64,000 bases of DNA from Amoebidium appalachense (GCA_963693365.1 CAVNZM010000013.1:3500722-3564721), one strand, 5' to 3'; shown: positions 1-11,949, counted from the first letter of the stretch. Program-made: numbers and translations. The notes: generated by a model not told the origin, from the sequence alone.

Positions 1-1146
1 CCATTTGAACAGAGATATGAAAATTTAAAAATGTTCTCTCGTGTTTCTGTTGAACTTATGGGTCCGTTCACAGAAACGAAAAATGGTAATACTTTCATTT
101 GTGTGTTTATGGATATGGCAACGAAGTATTTAATCACTGTGCCCATCCAATCTAAGCATGCCGTTAATGTTGCACATGCACTCATGAATGTAATTTGCTA
201 TATACACGGCCCCCCTCGTACACTCTTGAGTGATCAAGGATCAGAATTTCTCAATGAGCTAATTGTTGAGGTTTGCCGTATAGCAAATATTGCACAAGTG
301 AGCACCTCAGCATATCACCCACAAAGCAACGGTCTCATAGATTTATTAATAATGCACTCTCAAAGTACGTTACTTATGAGCACACTAATTGGGACACTCT
401 GTTGCCGGTGGTTACACATGCATACAACACAACAACACACAAAATTTTGCAATGTACACCGTATTATCTTGTGTACGGGCAAGAAGCAACACAATTCCCT
501 GACGTTGCCCTTCTTAGCAGTAACCACCCGGCACTCAAGGACCCAGAGTGGAAGGCATACCGGCGAGAGTTACTAGCCCGTCTGCCTCTGCTCCGTGCTG
601 TGGTCCAGCAACGTGCCGTACGAGAGCCCCCAGGCCCCTCGGTGGCTCGTGAATTTAAGAAGGGTGCACAGATACGTGTTCGGAATCAAGCCAAAAATAT
701 CGGTGCCTGGGATGTACGGTGGATTACGGGTTACGAAATCGTCAAAAGGGTCGGCCCGGTCACGTACGATCCGAAGCTTAGCAACTATGAAGAAATCTAA
801 GTGGCACGTGGACGATATTCAGCTTGAATTGAGTGAGCAAAATAGAATTCGGCCTCAAGATCTCTCTCACCTCCCGGACACGGGCGATAGTCACAATTTC
901 AACAAGGTTCTGCCGGACGAGTGGGTGGTGGAAAAGGTGCTTGACGTAAGAATTCAGAAACGGCGCAAGCAATCCACCCCTTACAAGTGGTACCAGATCA
1001 AGTGGGCAGGCAAAGATGAATCATTCACCTCTTGGGAGTGTGAGAAAGACTTGGCCTGCCCGGACAAGATCCGAGAGTTCCACCAACGCAGAGGTGACCT
1101 TGCATCGTTCCACGGATACATTGACTCATTGTGTGGAGCATGGTGA
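1..1146 (+). pseudogene. Ty3/Gypsy (chromovirus-type) integrase plus C-terminal chromodomain, frameshifted, 5' part outside window
   Basis: Three overlapping ORFs join into one integrase: SVELMGP (first catalytic Asp reads as Glu), LLSDQGSEF, TSAYHPQSNG, WDTLLP..AYN, PYYLVYG, GPY/F-like WITGYEIVKRVGPVTY. A chromodomain follows at ~919-1083 (EWVVEKVLDVR...YQIKWAG...SWECEKDL..PDKIREF). Frameshifts near 340 and ~770. Confidence 0.9.
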
Positions 1147-1186
1147 CGTATGTCGAGGACGACATACTTCTTTTTACGGTGGGGCG

Positions 1187-1801
1187 TGTGGTATATTATA
1201 CCGGATATCTAGTATGGATGTACACAGGTTGAGATATACGCGCACGTGTACATGTATATATACCACTGTGTTTGATCTTAGGTAGGCCAGTATGCATGTC
1301 CCCCCCAGTCTTGTGCGCATGAGCATGGAGTTAAACATATGTGCACGTGCAGCTTGCAGGATTATTCATGGGAAAACAGATATAATAGTCACATGGGACC
1401 GACACGTAGTAGAGGAACCATGAGCGTTAAGTTATAGTTTTATCATGGGAAAATATGCAAGTAGCCGTGAGGTATGACTGTGGAATGCATCGTTAGGCAA
1501 GTACTGTCACCCGATTGGCTCACTAACTTGAAGTTTATTGGAACCGTGATAGCCATGGGACAGAACCGTGAACCGTATGTGATTGGCTCTCGTAGCCAAA
1601 AGGACATACCGATGCGCATGTCTGAGCCGCTGTGCGAGCTCCGATATAAGGGCATGTCGGGGGCTTCAGAGCTCACTCAGTGTGCTCGGCTTACTAGGTG
1701 TAAGTAGGACTAGCACGTAACTTAGCAAAGCGTGGTCTAGTCAACCCCGTTCATTTACAAATATATTGTTTGTCACGGACACACGATCTCTTTATACAAC
1801 A
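1187..1801 (+). mobile_element. 3' LTR of the Gypsy element
   Basis: Follows the pol stop and a G-rich PPT-like tract (ggtggggcg). Termini TGTGGTATA...TATACAACA are inverted with one mismatch. Confidence 0.75.
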
Positions 1802-1859
1802 CTCCCTCCCACCACAAAAAGAAGAAACGAAAGCCTTTATACTGACCTGTCATGGTGAA

Positions 1860-2041
1860 GAATCGATATCGGGAAAAAAAAGTTGATGTGGCAGCTATTG
1901 TAAGAGGTCGTTGAAGTGGCGAAAATCGCTTCCGATTCGGATCGGAATAGGGAACCGGATCGGAATCTCTAGGAATCGGAATCGAGGCGGAATCGGTTAA
2001 GGATTCGAATCGGATCGAGAACCCGATTCGCAACATCATTA
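1860..2041. mobile_element. Possible DNA-transposon (hAT-like) terminus with GAATCG/CGATTC subterminal repeats
   Basis: Dense GAATCG/GGATCG/CGATTC motifs ending in ...TTCGCAACATCATTA, whose reverse complement TAATGATGTTGCGAATC resembles hAT-type TAGTGATG ends. No partner end is visible in the window. Confidence 0.35.
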
Positions 2042-2073
2042 TCGGCAGCGCATCCTCTCAGTGAGAGCACAGA

Positions 2074-2274
2074 TGTAATGAGGACCGGCGACTGCCGGGC
2101 CGATCTGGCCCGAACCGGATCAGGATGACCCGGTCTGAAGGCGCGTGAGCCTGTGGCTCACGCTCATCATAATGATATCCGACGGCGCCTGAATAAAGAC
2201 GTCATTCCCCTGTGTAGGGAACAACGGTCAGATCCTGTAGTACAAGTCTCGTCCTTCTTTACATGGTAGCAGAG
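2074..2274 (+). mobile_element. Short (190 bp) 5' LTR plus tRNA-iMet primer-binding site
   Basis: TGTAATGAGGAC...GTCCTTCTTTACA inverted termini (2074-2263), internal AATAAA, immediately followed by TGGTAGCAGAG (2264-2274), the complement of the initiator tRNA-Met 3' end. Confidence 0.85.
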
Positions 2275-2475
2275 ATACAGTGCCGTTAAGAACTACACAC
2301 GCTCCTAGCTAGGATATACGCATACATACACCCAGACTTTTTAGTCCGACACGCTTCCCATCACCTCTGCTTCCAACCACCACACAACTTTTCCAGTTTT
2401 TTTTCGCCGCTTTTCGCGCGTTTACCACTTTACGTTGTGTGTGGGTTTTGGATGGTCACGTCACAGGAGGTAAGA

Positions 2476-3956
2476 TGAATGCTACTACCACACAAGATGC
2501 ACGGTTTGGGGCTCAGCTCCCATTCCTGCAACAGCTTGCCGCTAATATCTCAGGCACAGCTGCAGAAGACACTCGTATCCCTAAGAGTGCCCCACACATG
2601 CTCGATACCCTTGGGCCGGGCGTGTGGGTTGGTGGTCGGTTTATCTCTACCGACGACTTCACGGTGGCGGCTGCCCAGCATGGCTGGCAGCCTCCCCACC
2701 AAGAGGCCAACGCCCCTGCTAAATGCCAGGGTGTGTGCGGTGGTCCCGCTCACAAGGGTCCTTGCCACCATTGCTCCAACTGTGGCAAATACCATGATCC
2801 CCTGGTGTGCCCGGCCGCTGTGGCTTCTCGTTTTCAGCGCATGCCTTATGACACGCGCCAGGCTATTGCCAAAGTGCTGGGCAAGAACCCGGCACTGCTG
2901 ACCATCGCTAACCAGCAAGCTGCCGGCGGTCACCAGGCCGCGGGTAAGGGAGGCCGTGGGGGCAACCCCCGCGGCCGTGGTGGCCGGCGTGGCGGAGCCG
3001 GGAAGCCGGGCGGACAACCAGTTCTCCCCGCCCCTGCCCAGGCTGCCCCCACCTACTTGCAGGGTCCAGACGGCAACTTCTACGCTGTCATGCCCATGGG
3101 ACCCGTCCCCAACGGATTCCAAGCCCTGCCTGGCAACGCGAACCCCACTGGTAAGTCGCTTCCTCTTACTCGTGAGGTTTCTTATGTGTCTGTTACCTCT
3201 ACACATCCCGCTCCGGACTGTCAGAGTATTGTGCAACCAGCCGTCTCTGCCAGCACCACCATCACGGATATGCAACCAGCTGTTTGTGGTGGCACTGCGG
3301 GTCGTGTAGTGGCGGCTATCACATTTGCTGACGCTGCGAAAGGCAAGGGTCCTATCTACTATACCAACACTGTCCCCACCTCTCATGGACACCCACCTCT
3401 TGGTATAGCCACAACTATCGGTGGTACATGGCGTAGTACGCAGAAACGTAAGGAACCACACATCCCTGCGAAAATTATGCGGGCCGTCCTGGCAGCTAAA
3501 GAAGGCAAGCTGTCCCTACCACTTACTCGGGTGCACTCTAAGACGACTACACTGGCCTCTGGGCCCACCACAGCCCCACCCCCTGTTGTGGTGGTGACCC
3601 CAGCGGAGGAGCTGAGAGAGGGTGTATGTGGCTCTGTTCCTTTGTCGTCTCCGGTCATGGATATTGATATCACACGACCACTTGGTCCCGCAGACCACCC
3701 CACTGCCATCACCTTGGAAGCAGGTGTAAATGGGTGTATTATGTCTATGCTCGTCGATCTGGGTTCTTTTGCTACACTCATGCAAACATCCCGGGCCCAC
3801 AGAATAAGCGGAGGTACCAGTGGACTCCGTCAAGAAGCCTTCCGAGCATCCAGCGCTGAAGGAGACTCTCTACACTACCGCGGCCCTATCTCCGCCGCGG
3901 GTCTGATTCCTCTGTACTGCAGTGTACTTGGCAGCAGAACTGCAACATGCTTGTAG
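2476..3956 (+). CDS. Truncated LTR-retrotransposon Gag-protease polyprotein (probably Gypsy-type)
   Basis: Downstream of the LTR/PBS. Cys/His knuckles CQGVCGGPAHKGPC and CSNCGKYHDPLVC, an RGG-rich segment, and the aspartic protease motif MLVDLGS. No RT, integrase or 3' LTR follows. Confidence 0.65.
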
Positions 3957-4078
3957 CTACAAATTACACGCGCCTTTAGTCAAATACATGCGCCTTCATT
4001 TTGTACGTATTCTGGATTTTGCGATTGAATCAGAGCTGCCGCCAAAACGTTCAGGCCCGCGTGTGGTGCAGGGGCCGC

Positions 4079-4386
4079 GGGTGTGGCAGAGCCTCAACGA
4101 CTTGACTTTACTTATAATCATAATTGTTTGCTATTATGGATGACTTGACCTGACTTACAAGTCTCGACTTGGAAGATTATTATTTTTAGTAACTCCTTCG
4201 GGCAGCTGGCCCACGGGCGGTTATTGCACCCCCCCTTTTCATCCACCCTCCTATGGCTTCCCCGCCCTAAGCCCCCTCCCCCCATAAAGTCACTCCTATG
4301 TCCGGCCTCAAGGCTTGACTTGACTTGGTTGAAGTCAGGTGCTAGGTGACTTCAAGTCGCGACTTGAAGTCAAGTCGCCACACCCC
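4079..4386. mobile_element. MITE-like element with GACTT/AAGTC repeats
   Basis: Left GGGTGTGGC..GACTTGACTT versus right AAGTCAAGTCGCCACACCC (imperfect TIR). Many GACTT units and a perfect 26-bp palindrome at 4347-4372. No clear TSD. Confidence 0.45.
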
Positions 4387-4447
4387 TTCTCTTGTTGTCA
4401 CGTGTGATTCGAGGCTATTCCTCTTGCCCGCATGCGCACCTGCCATA

Positions 4448-4753
4448 TGTAACTTAGAGGTTTCTCTGTGAGACTTTATTATTTGCTGACTTACATTGAC
4501 TGGCCTGCCGGGACCTTTATATACTTGTGGTCTGGCTAACTGGAATGTTACATACTATTCCCGATTGGTCTACCCGCCGCTATGGATCTAGTCGCTACCA
4601 ATCAAAACACTCCAATAGAATCTTCTAGACTCTTCTAGATCTATCCTGATCTATCGTGAACCTATCCACCAGTTTATCCCAAATATCTCGAATATTCCCG
4701 ATCACTAGTGCTACGCTAACGCAGGGCATACCGGATGGCTATCCTGTTCGACA
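4448..4753 (-). repeat. Copia 3' LTR
   Basis: TGTAAC...TCGACA; direct repeat of 7711-8016. Confidence 0.95.
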
Positions 4754-4886
4754 CCCCCACTTGCACTGTGTTCTATCTATCTACCGCATGCAACCTAAAC
4801 CTAAGATGCAACTCTAAAACTATGCTACTATACTAACACATATAACACCTACTACACGAACATTAACACTACACTAATTGTAGTTC

Positions 4887-5051
4887 TTACTCAGCCATGC
4901 CGATGGCCTGCCGATGCTGCACTAACTTAAGTCTCCCTAAAGCTTTGGTGCACATGTCGGCCACGTTACTGTTCGTGCTGCAATACACAAGTTCTACATC
5001 CCCATTCTCCACACACTCACGGGTGTAGTGGTACTGAACGTCGATGTGTTT
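4887..5051 (-). pseudogene. Residual C-terminus of Copia RNase H
   Basis: Reads KHIDVQYHYTRECVENGDVELVYCSTNSNVADMCTKALG...* in a different frame, the canonical KHID...ADxxTK end of Copia RNase H. Confidence 0.9.
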
Positions 5052-7663
5052 GATGCTGGCCTGGAGATTGCTTCTTCCAGTGTCACAGGGTCATCCTCAT
5101 TGCTATCAGCACTCTCAATTGCCATGCTGATACTGTCGCGGTACTCTACTACACCTGCGTTGATGCCGTAGGTCCCACCGCGCCTTGTAGTCATAGACGG
5201 ATAGGCACTTCTGGTTGCAACCTGCAACTCTGCACTATCTTCCTCGTCTCCTGACCCTGCCGCGTCCGAATCGCCGCTGTCCTCGCCCGCGCCGTCGCCG
5301 ATAGCATCTGAATCATATCCACTGTCAGTGCCGATTGCAGGCTTCCGAAAGGAATGTTGCTTCTTGACGCTGATTGGATTCCTCGATTCCAAGCTCTGCT
5401 GATTTCCGATTGGCTTATGCATCAGCAATTCCATTGGCTCATCTTGCACCACCGGAATACCGGCCGTTGGGGTGCATGATTCATCGATCACCACATCTCG
5501 CCCGACGATAGTCTTGCGCGCCTCGGTGTCCCACAACAAGTACGTCTTGCTGTCACCTGTGTAGCCGACGAATTTACACTCCCGACTCTTGGCGTCTAGC
5601 TTCCTGCGCTCGTCCTTCGGCACATGGACAAATGCCTTGCTACCAAATACACGTAGATGGCTAACATCGGGCTTCTCTCCATACCATGCCTCCCAAGGTG
5701 TCATGCCACCCAGTACTGTGGTTGGCGTCAGGTTCTTGATGTACACAGCTGCCTGTACTGCTAGCTGCCAGAACCCCATACTCATGCCTGCTGACTGCAG
5801 CATGCAGCGCGCCGTCTCGACAATGGTCCTGTTAGCCCTCTCTGCTACACCATTCTGCTCTGGTGTGTAAGGGACTGTCGCCTCATGTTCAATGCCGCAC
5901 GCTTCCAGGAACGACTTGAACTCAGTGGAGGTGTACTCACCCCCGTTGTCGGAACGCAGAATCTTGATGCTGGCACCGTGTTGCTTCTCTACGTGTGCCT
6001 TGTACTTCTTGAAGTAAGTATGCACTTGGGATTTATGTTTCATGAAGTACACCGTAGTGAACCTTGTCTTGTCGTCGATGAAGGTGACATAATACTTGGA
6101 ACCTTGCAGCGACTCCTTGTTGAACGGTCCTGCCACATCAGAATGAACTCTGTCGAGCTTCGCTGGCGCTGTCTTGCGGGGTAGCTTACTGAAAGAGAGC
6201 CGGGCTTGCTTCCCTCTCGCGCATCCCTCGCACACACCGTCATCCTGGGTTTTGCAGTCGATGCACAGACCCTCGACGATGTTTTCTTTAACCATCTTCT
6301 GTAGCGTGTTTATTGCCACATGACCAAACCGCCGGTGCCATAAACTGGCGCTGCCCTTTACCGGCTCACACACGGTGTTACCCCCACTGCTGCCGACTGC
6401 AGTGGTCACCATGTTCACGCTCTCACATACGGGTTTCACTAGGAGACGATACAGGCCTCCCTCCACTACCCCACGGGCCACAACTTGGCCATCTGTGGCA
6501 CTCTCAATCGTACACTGTCGACCGTCGGTGATGCCTCTTAACCCGTGCTTGCCGGCGCTTGAAGCCGACATCACGTTAGTTCCAAATGCTGCCACGTACA
6601 GCACATTCTGCAGTCTAAATGTCATGCTGTTGCCCTGGAACTCACTTGTTAATCTTACGACGCCTATTCCTAGCGCCATCACACCCGGGGTGTTACCCAG
6701 AGCGACGGGTTTGGGTGTGATCGACCGGAAGTCTTCCATCCAGTCCTTTCGGCATGTGACATGGGAGGTTGCGCCGCAGTCCCAATACCACTCAGTTGAA
6801 GAAGGGAGTCCGCTGTTTACCGCCATGGCGAGTATCTCCTTGGAAGCTCCGTTCTGCTTCGCCTTGTCGCCGCGATTGCCGCCCTTCTTCTTCTTTGGAC
6901 ACTGTGACTTGTAGTGCCCAAACTTGTGACATTTGTAACACTCCACCTTGGATATGTCAGTCACGCGCGGCTTGCCGGTGTCCTGTCGTGGCGTACCGCC
7001 GCGCCATTGGGTGCTGGTCATCATCACCCGCTGCTGTTCCCTTGCAGCCTCGTTCTCCTCAAAACCACGCAGCTTGGCGATTATCTTTTCCATTGTCTTC
7101 TCAGCTGCTGGTAAAGCTTGAATGGTCCTAACGTCGGTGCGGAATCGGTCGTCAGCGCCTACACCGTCCAGGAATTTCTCGGCAACCATGTCCTCACTAA
7201 CTCCATTGGGGTCGATATGAAGAAGATCCTGCACAATGCACTCCAGACGGGCCGCATACTCCAGCACGCTTTCCATCGGCATCATATCAGCACGCCAGAA
7301 CTGTTGAATCAACATTCTCTTGTGCTCATCTGTGTTGCGCGCAGCGTATGATGCTACCGTATCCCATATGTCCTTGGGATTTCCTACGGCAATAGCTCGC
7401 CGACACAGGCTTGCAGGTACATCACCTAGTGTCTCCACCAGGTAGGAAGTCGCCTTCTTCTGGTCCAAGGGGTCGATCTCCACCAGAGGTTGCTCCACCG
7501 GTTCGCCGTCCTCTCCTATCACTTCAGGAGCCACGTCTTCAATCGTGTACCATAATTCCTCGCCCTCGAGGAAGCACTTCATGCGCATGGCCCACATTGA
7601 GTAGGAGATTTTGCCCTTGCCTTCTCCTTCATACATGGGAACTGGACATTTTGCTCTTCCCAT
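4994..7663 (-). CDS. Copia Gag-protease-integrase polyprotein, truncated at the start of RT
   Basis: 889-aa ORF: CYKCHKFGHYKSQC knuckle, protease WYWDCGATSH, LWHRRFGH..CEGC zinc finger, integrase VHSDVAGP / LRSDNGGEY / PEQNGVAERANR, GKGY-like KCKFVGY-type region, then DPVTLEEA (pre-RT motif) and an out-of-frame tail. Confidence 0.93.
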   Translation of the reverse strand: MGRAKCPVPMYEGEGKGKISYSMWAMRMKCFLEGEELWYTIEDVAPEVIGEDGEPVEQPLVEIDPLDQKKATSYLVETLGDVPASLCRRAIAVGNPKDIWDTVASYAARNTDEHKRMLIQQFWRADMMPMESVLEYAARLECIVQDLLHIDPNGVSEDMVAEKFLDGVGADDRFRTDVRTIQALPAAEKTMEKIIAKLRGFEENEAAREQQRVMMTSTQWRGGTPRQDTGKPRVTDISKVECYKCHKFGHYKSQCPKKKKGGNRGDKAKQNGASKEILAMAVNSGLPSSTEWYWDCGATSHVTCRKDWMEDFRSITPKPVALGNTPGVMALGIGVVRLTSEFQGNSMTFRLQNVLYVAAFGTNVMSASSAGKHGLRGITDGRQCTIESATDGQVVARGVVEGGLYRLLVKPVCESVNMVTTAVGSSGGNTVCEPVKGSASLWHRRFGHVAINTLQKMVKENIVEGLCIDCKTQDDGVCEGCARGKQARLSFSKLPRKTAPAKLDRVHSDVAGPFNKESLQGSKYYVTFIDDKTRFTTVYFMKHKSQVHTYFKKYKAHVEKQHGASIKILRSDNGGEYTSTEFKSFLEACGIEHEATVPYTPEQNGVAERANRTIVETARCMLQSAGMSMGFWQLAVQAAVYIKNLTPTTVLGGMTPWEAWYGEKPDVSHLRVFGSKAFVHVPKDERRKLDAKSRECKFVGYTGDSKTYLLWDTEARKTIVGRDVVIDESCTPTAGIPVVQDEPMELLMHKPIGNQQSLESRNPISVKKQHSFRKPAIGTDSGYDSDAIGDGAGEDSGDSDAAGSGDEEDSAELQVATRSAYPSMTTRRGGTYGINAGVVEYRDSISMAIESADSNEDDPVTLEEAISRPASNTSTFSTTTPVSVWRMGM

Positions 7664-7710
7664 CTTGTCTCAACAGTCGCTTGATCGTAGCGTTGTACTG
7701 GGCCCATAAC

Positions 7711-8016
7711 CGTAACTTAGAGGTTTCTCTGTGAGACTTTATTATTTGCTGACTTACATTGACTGGCCTGCCGGGACCTTTATATACTTGTGGTCTGGCT
7801 AACTGGAATGTTACATACTATTCCCGATTGGTCTACCCGCCGCTATGGATCTAGTCGCTACCAATCAAAACACTCCAATAGAATCTTCTAGACTCTTCTA
7901 GATCTATCCTGATCTATCGTGAACCTATCCACCAGTTTATCCCGAATATCTCGAATATTCCCGATCACTAGTGCTACGCTAACGCAGGGCATACCGGATG
8001 GCTATCCTGTTCGACA
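7711..8016 (-). repeat. Copia 5' LTR
   Basis: Direct repeat of 4448-4753, adjacent to the PBS. Confidence 0.95.
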
Positions 8017-8613
8017 CCATATACATGTGGCGGCCTGAGATCATGGACTCGAAGTTATTGAATGCACGTGCTTTTGTAGCCTACAGAGTTTCCGGAAGTT
8101 GATTGGCTCGCAAGTCCAAAATTGAACGCCCAATAGCTCGTTTACTGCCTTGTTCTCGTGTACTGCCTTGATACTTCCATCGCGTGTTTTTACTCCTCAA
8201 GCGTTAGAACCTCTCTTGATCGGATCTCAAAAACCGCTCACCCTCCCCACACCCTACCCACAACCCGTCTTCGGCTTTCAGCCTCGGCCGGGGATGGTCA
8301 TGGGGAGAGGTCTAGAAACCGGAAAGTCTTTCTCGCTCCCCTCGGTCCCCTACCTCCACTAGTGCCTTCCTTCTTCCACCTCATCCCGTCCCCTGCCTCG
8401 CTTCACAACCAATTTCATGGGAAATACATCTTAAGTTTAGTTCTGCAAAAACATGTGCATTACCTTGAACTTCGGCCTCCTATATCTTGGAGTGCTATTG
8501 GGGTGGCCTCGCCACTTACACGTCGCCATTTGAAACGCTCGACTTCAGCCGCCGCCATTTACCGTAATAAGGACAGCCATTCATAATCAGTGCTTGTTGT
8601 TAACATAATGAGC

Positions 8614-8654
<41 letters not shown>

Positions 8655-9164
8655 GGGAAAGCGTACACGGTGACGAAACCAGATATCTCTGCAAAGTTTC
8701 TCCACCAACGTTAACCCCGTGAAATGCACCAACATAAATACAAATCGCACTTTATTTATTGCACAAGCCTAATTTTTTTCACCGCACGTTGTCTTTCCGT
8801 ACTGACGTACTGTCCAAACCAAAAACAACACGCACAGTTACATAGCCTTTTCCCTCACACGTCATCCGTCCAGTTTTTATATTGCAAGCTTTCAAAATGC
8901 CCAACCATAATTTGTTACAAGCACGTGTACATGTCAAGTACAGTTACTGTACACACTCTTCATGCGAAACTGAGACTTAGTGCCAACAAAAAAATACTCG
9001 CAGATGCCATAACAAACCGTACTTCGCATATCAAACACCATTCATCACAGGCACGCTTCCCCCAGCCTCAGGCAGGGGGGTCACACTCACACCCAGCTGC
9101 CACGCAAATTGCGCAAGAACCCCCTCCCTCACATACACCTGTGCCCCCCTGCCCTTCACATCAT

Positions 9165-10978
9165 TCACCTGTAGGTCCCCCCCGACTTTTCCAAAAGACC
9201 CGCTAGCGCCAATCTACTTAACGCCAAAGAACGGAGAAGTGGGGTCGTACCAGCAAAGGATATGCAATTTACGTGCTTCTGAAATTCGCGGGGAAACATT
9301 CTTTCAAGGCGCCTTACGACGTGAAGTGGGAGGGAGCTGTCAACAATTGCCATGAGCACGGGAAGGGGGGTCTCAAGTGTCTGCGAATTTCTCATCAACC
9401 GGAGGGACATGGGGTCGAACACACCAAGGTGTTCCATGCGAGAGTCGTCATGGAGGTGGTCGCAATTACACCACCACACCCTCTTATCATGCAGCAGTAT
9501 GTCGTGTGCCCGGCTGTAGTAGCAAAGTGTGTTGGAAAACGCAGCCGTAATTTGACGGTCGCTGAGCCCCAGTGATGTAAGAGTGACCGCCATCAGCACA
9601 TTTGTGTCCATCGTGGATTTTTTTGTGGATTTCGCCTCCGAAATGTGGACGGATGGATGTACGGTGTTTGAAGGATGGTCGGAGTTGGGTTGATAGGGGG
9701 GGGTGGGGGGGCTCGTGGTGACGTGGTCGGGTGCAGAGGGGGGATCCAACGGGATTTCCGTGCGTGCTGCGGGCTGCGTAGTGGGCCTGGCTGGTTCAGG
9801 TGTGCCCTGCAGGCGGGAGGGTAGGTCTGAGATTTTGCAACGTGCAAGGATAGGGACCCAAGGCACAGTGAAGAAAATTGATTAAGGGAAAGAGATCTTG
9901 CTTGCGAACAGGGGTCAGTGGGTGGGTGGGTTGGTGGGTGGGTGAAGGAGGGGAAGGAGGGGAAGGGGGGAGGGGGGAGGGGGGAGGGGAGGGGGGATAT
10001 GGAAAGGGCGCATGTGCCGGAATATGCTGGAAAAAAGAGAATTTAAACGGAAGTGCATGATTATTTTAATTTGATTGGGTGAAGGAAGTAGATTGTCTTT
10101 TTGTCTTTTTCTTTTCTTTTCTTTCATTTTTTGAGCAGTGAGGGGAGGGGAGGGTGGTGGGTGGGTGGGCGGGCAGGGGGGGGGGGGGGGGGGGGGGGGG
10201 CAAATGCGCTGAAGCCAAGCAACTACCGTAACGAAAAACTTGGAAACACATGGGTGCAGCAACACTCTCGCTGAAGCCAAAATATGTGCAGGAAGAATAC
10301 ATTATAACACAACCCGGCTATCTTCAAGTATCTACTAGTATGCCTCAACACAAGGACACGTTAAGGTCTTCTACCTTACCCACATAAGGCAAGCTGGGGC
10401 CGGGAGGGGGGGGGGGGGGGGGGGGGAGGGGGGAGGGGGGGGGGGGGGAAGGAGAAAGGGAGGAGGAGGGGGGGAAGTGTTAACTTAGTAAACAAATAAC
10501 TGTGACTAAAGTTAGTGTAACATTTCGAGCTTGACTGTCAGTCTATGAGTGTGAATAGAATACTTGTTTGGGGACTGCAACAATCGTTAGGCAGGGGAAT
10601 GATTATGTGAGTGGGTGTTTGTGTGCATGTATGTGTATGTCTGTGTGTGAGTGTGTGTGATGGGTGGTTTATATGCCACTTTTACCCTCTCTCTCTCTCT
10701 TCTTCGCTTCCATCCTATCCACTGCTTAGTTTTCTCATGCTTTACGCTTCCCACGCCCACGATCCTCCCTCATACACAAACACAAACGTAGCACAGTCAG
10801 TGCCATACCATACAACGAGATCTCAAAACCTCTCTTAGACTAGCTTAAATGCATGCATCAGAAGTTCCCCTCGACTAGCTATGTGTATGTGAGTACTATG
10901 AAGATGAGACGTCACGCGGAGAAGCCCAGGGGGGGGGGGGGGGGGGGGGGGGGGGATGGGAAGAGAGGGAGGAGGGAA

Positions 10979-11015
<37 letters not shown>

Positions 11016-11949
11016 AGGGGGGGAAGGGAGGGATGGCAGAAGTAGAGATAGAACATACCGTGGTCTCGACGATGTGGCAGGTGATGAGTAGCGTCTCGAG
11101 CAATATCTGCCTGTCCTCTGCCAGCCCAATCAAATCCATCTGCCTCCGGTACTGTGTGCACCTTCCTCCAAGTGTTTCCGCCGCGCTCACCGCCAACAGG
11201 GCACCCGTCAGCACGCCGGGACGGACTTTTGCACCCGCATCTACCATTTGTTCAATGAACTCGAGTGGTGCTTGCTCCAAGCGAAACCCCATGTTCTCGC
11301 TGAATACAGTGCCGGCCAAGTGTGGGGGAATGTCGTCTACGCGCACGTGTTTGATCCCACGTGCAGCAAGTGTCTGGAGGGAGGGAACATTCTTCTCGTT
11401 TGCGCAAAAGAGAGAGTTGGAGTTGCCTGAGTGCGCCCTACCGTTGCTAGTGGGTTGGGCTTGGGAAGTGCGCATGTTAGGCCTACCACCTGGGAAGATG
11501 GAAAGAACGATCATCTCTGTGATGGAGGGCCGTTGGGTCATGACGGGAGTATGTGGGGGGCTGTTATTCGTGCCGGCGGGTGGGGTGGGGTTAACCGGTG
11601 TCTGCTCACTGTTTGCATCTGCTGCAGGAAGTATTCCGTCAGTTTCATTGCTCGGAAGCGAATCACTTTGGCCTGTGTTGGGTGTCATGTTTGGATTGTT
11701 CTGTGTAGTTGGATGGCGTATGGTGCCGACGATGCGTGTGGGGAAGTCAGCAGCCGCCGCCTGGAGACCCATTATGTATGTCTCAACGAGGTCGGAGCCA
11801 ATGAGTGCAATGGGTGGGGGGTTCGTGTCGGCCGCTGGGGGTGTTTGTGTGGTGTCTTGGGCGATGATCTCTTCGTTGGAGTTAGGGGCAGGTGTGGGAG
11901 GGTCAAAGAAATCGTCGGAAAAGTCGAATGCTTGTTCTAGTTCTGCCAT
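9165..11949 (-). CDS. Uncharacterised spliced gene or pseudogene with a BC-box-like motif
   Basis: Long non-repetitive ORF segments 11949-11059 (ends at ACG|GTATGT donor) and ~9827-9165 (starts after a ..TCTCAG acceptor). Contains VPSLQTLAARGI...IPPHL. The connecting exons could not be joined without stops. Confidence 0.45.

Larger units (their letters stand above)
4448..8016 (-). mobile_element. Ty1/Copia LTR retrotransposon, internally deleted (no RT)
   Basis: 306-bp LTRs at 4448-4753 and 7711-8016 (2 differences seen). 5-bp TSD CCATA at 4443-4447 and 8017-8021. Minus-strand PBS GGTTATGGGCCCAG (half-tRNA-iMet type) and PPT AGTGGGGG next to the 3' LTR. Confidence 0.95.
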
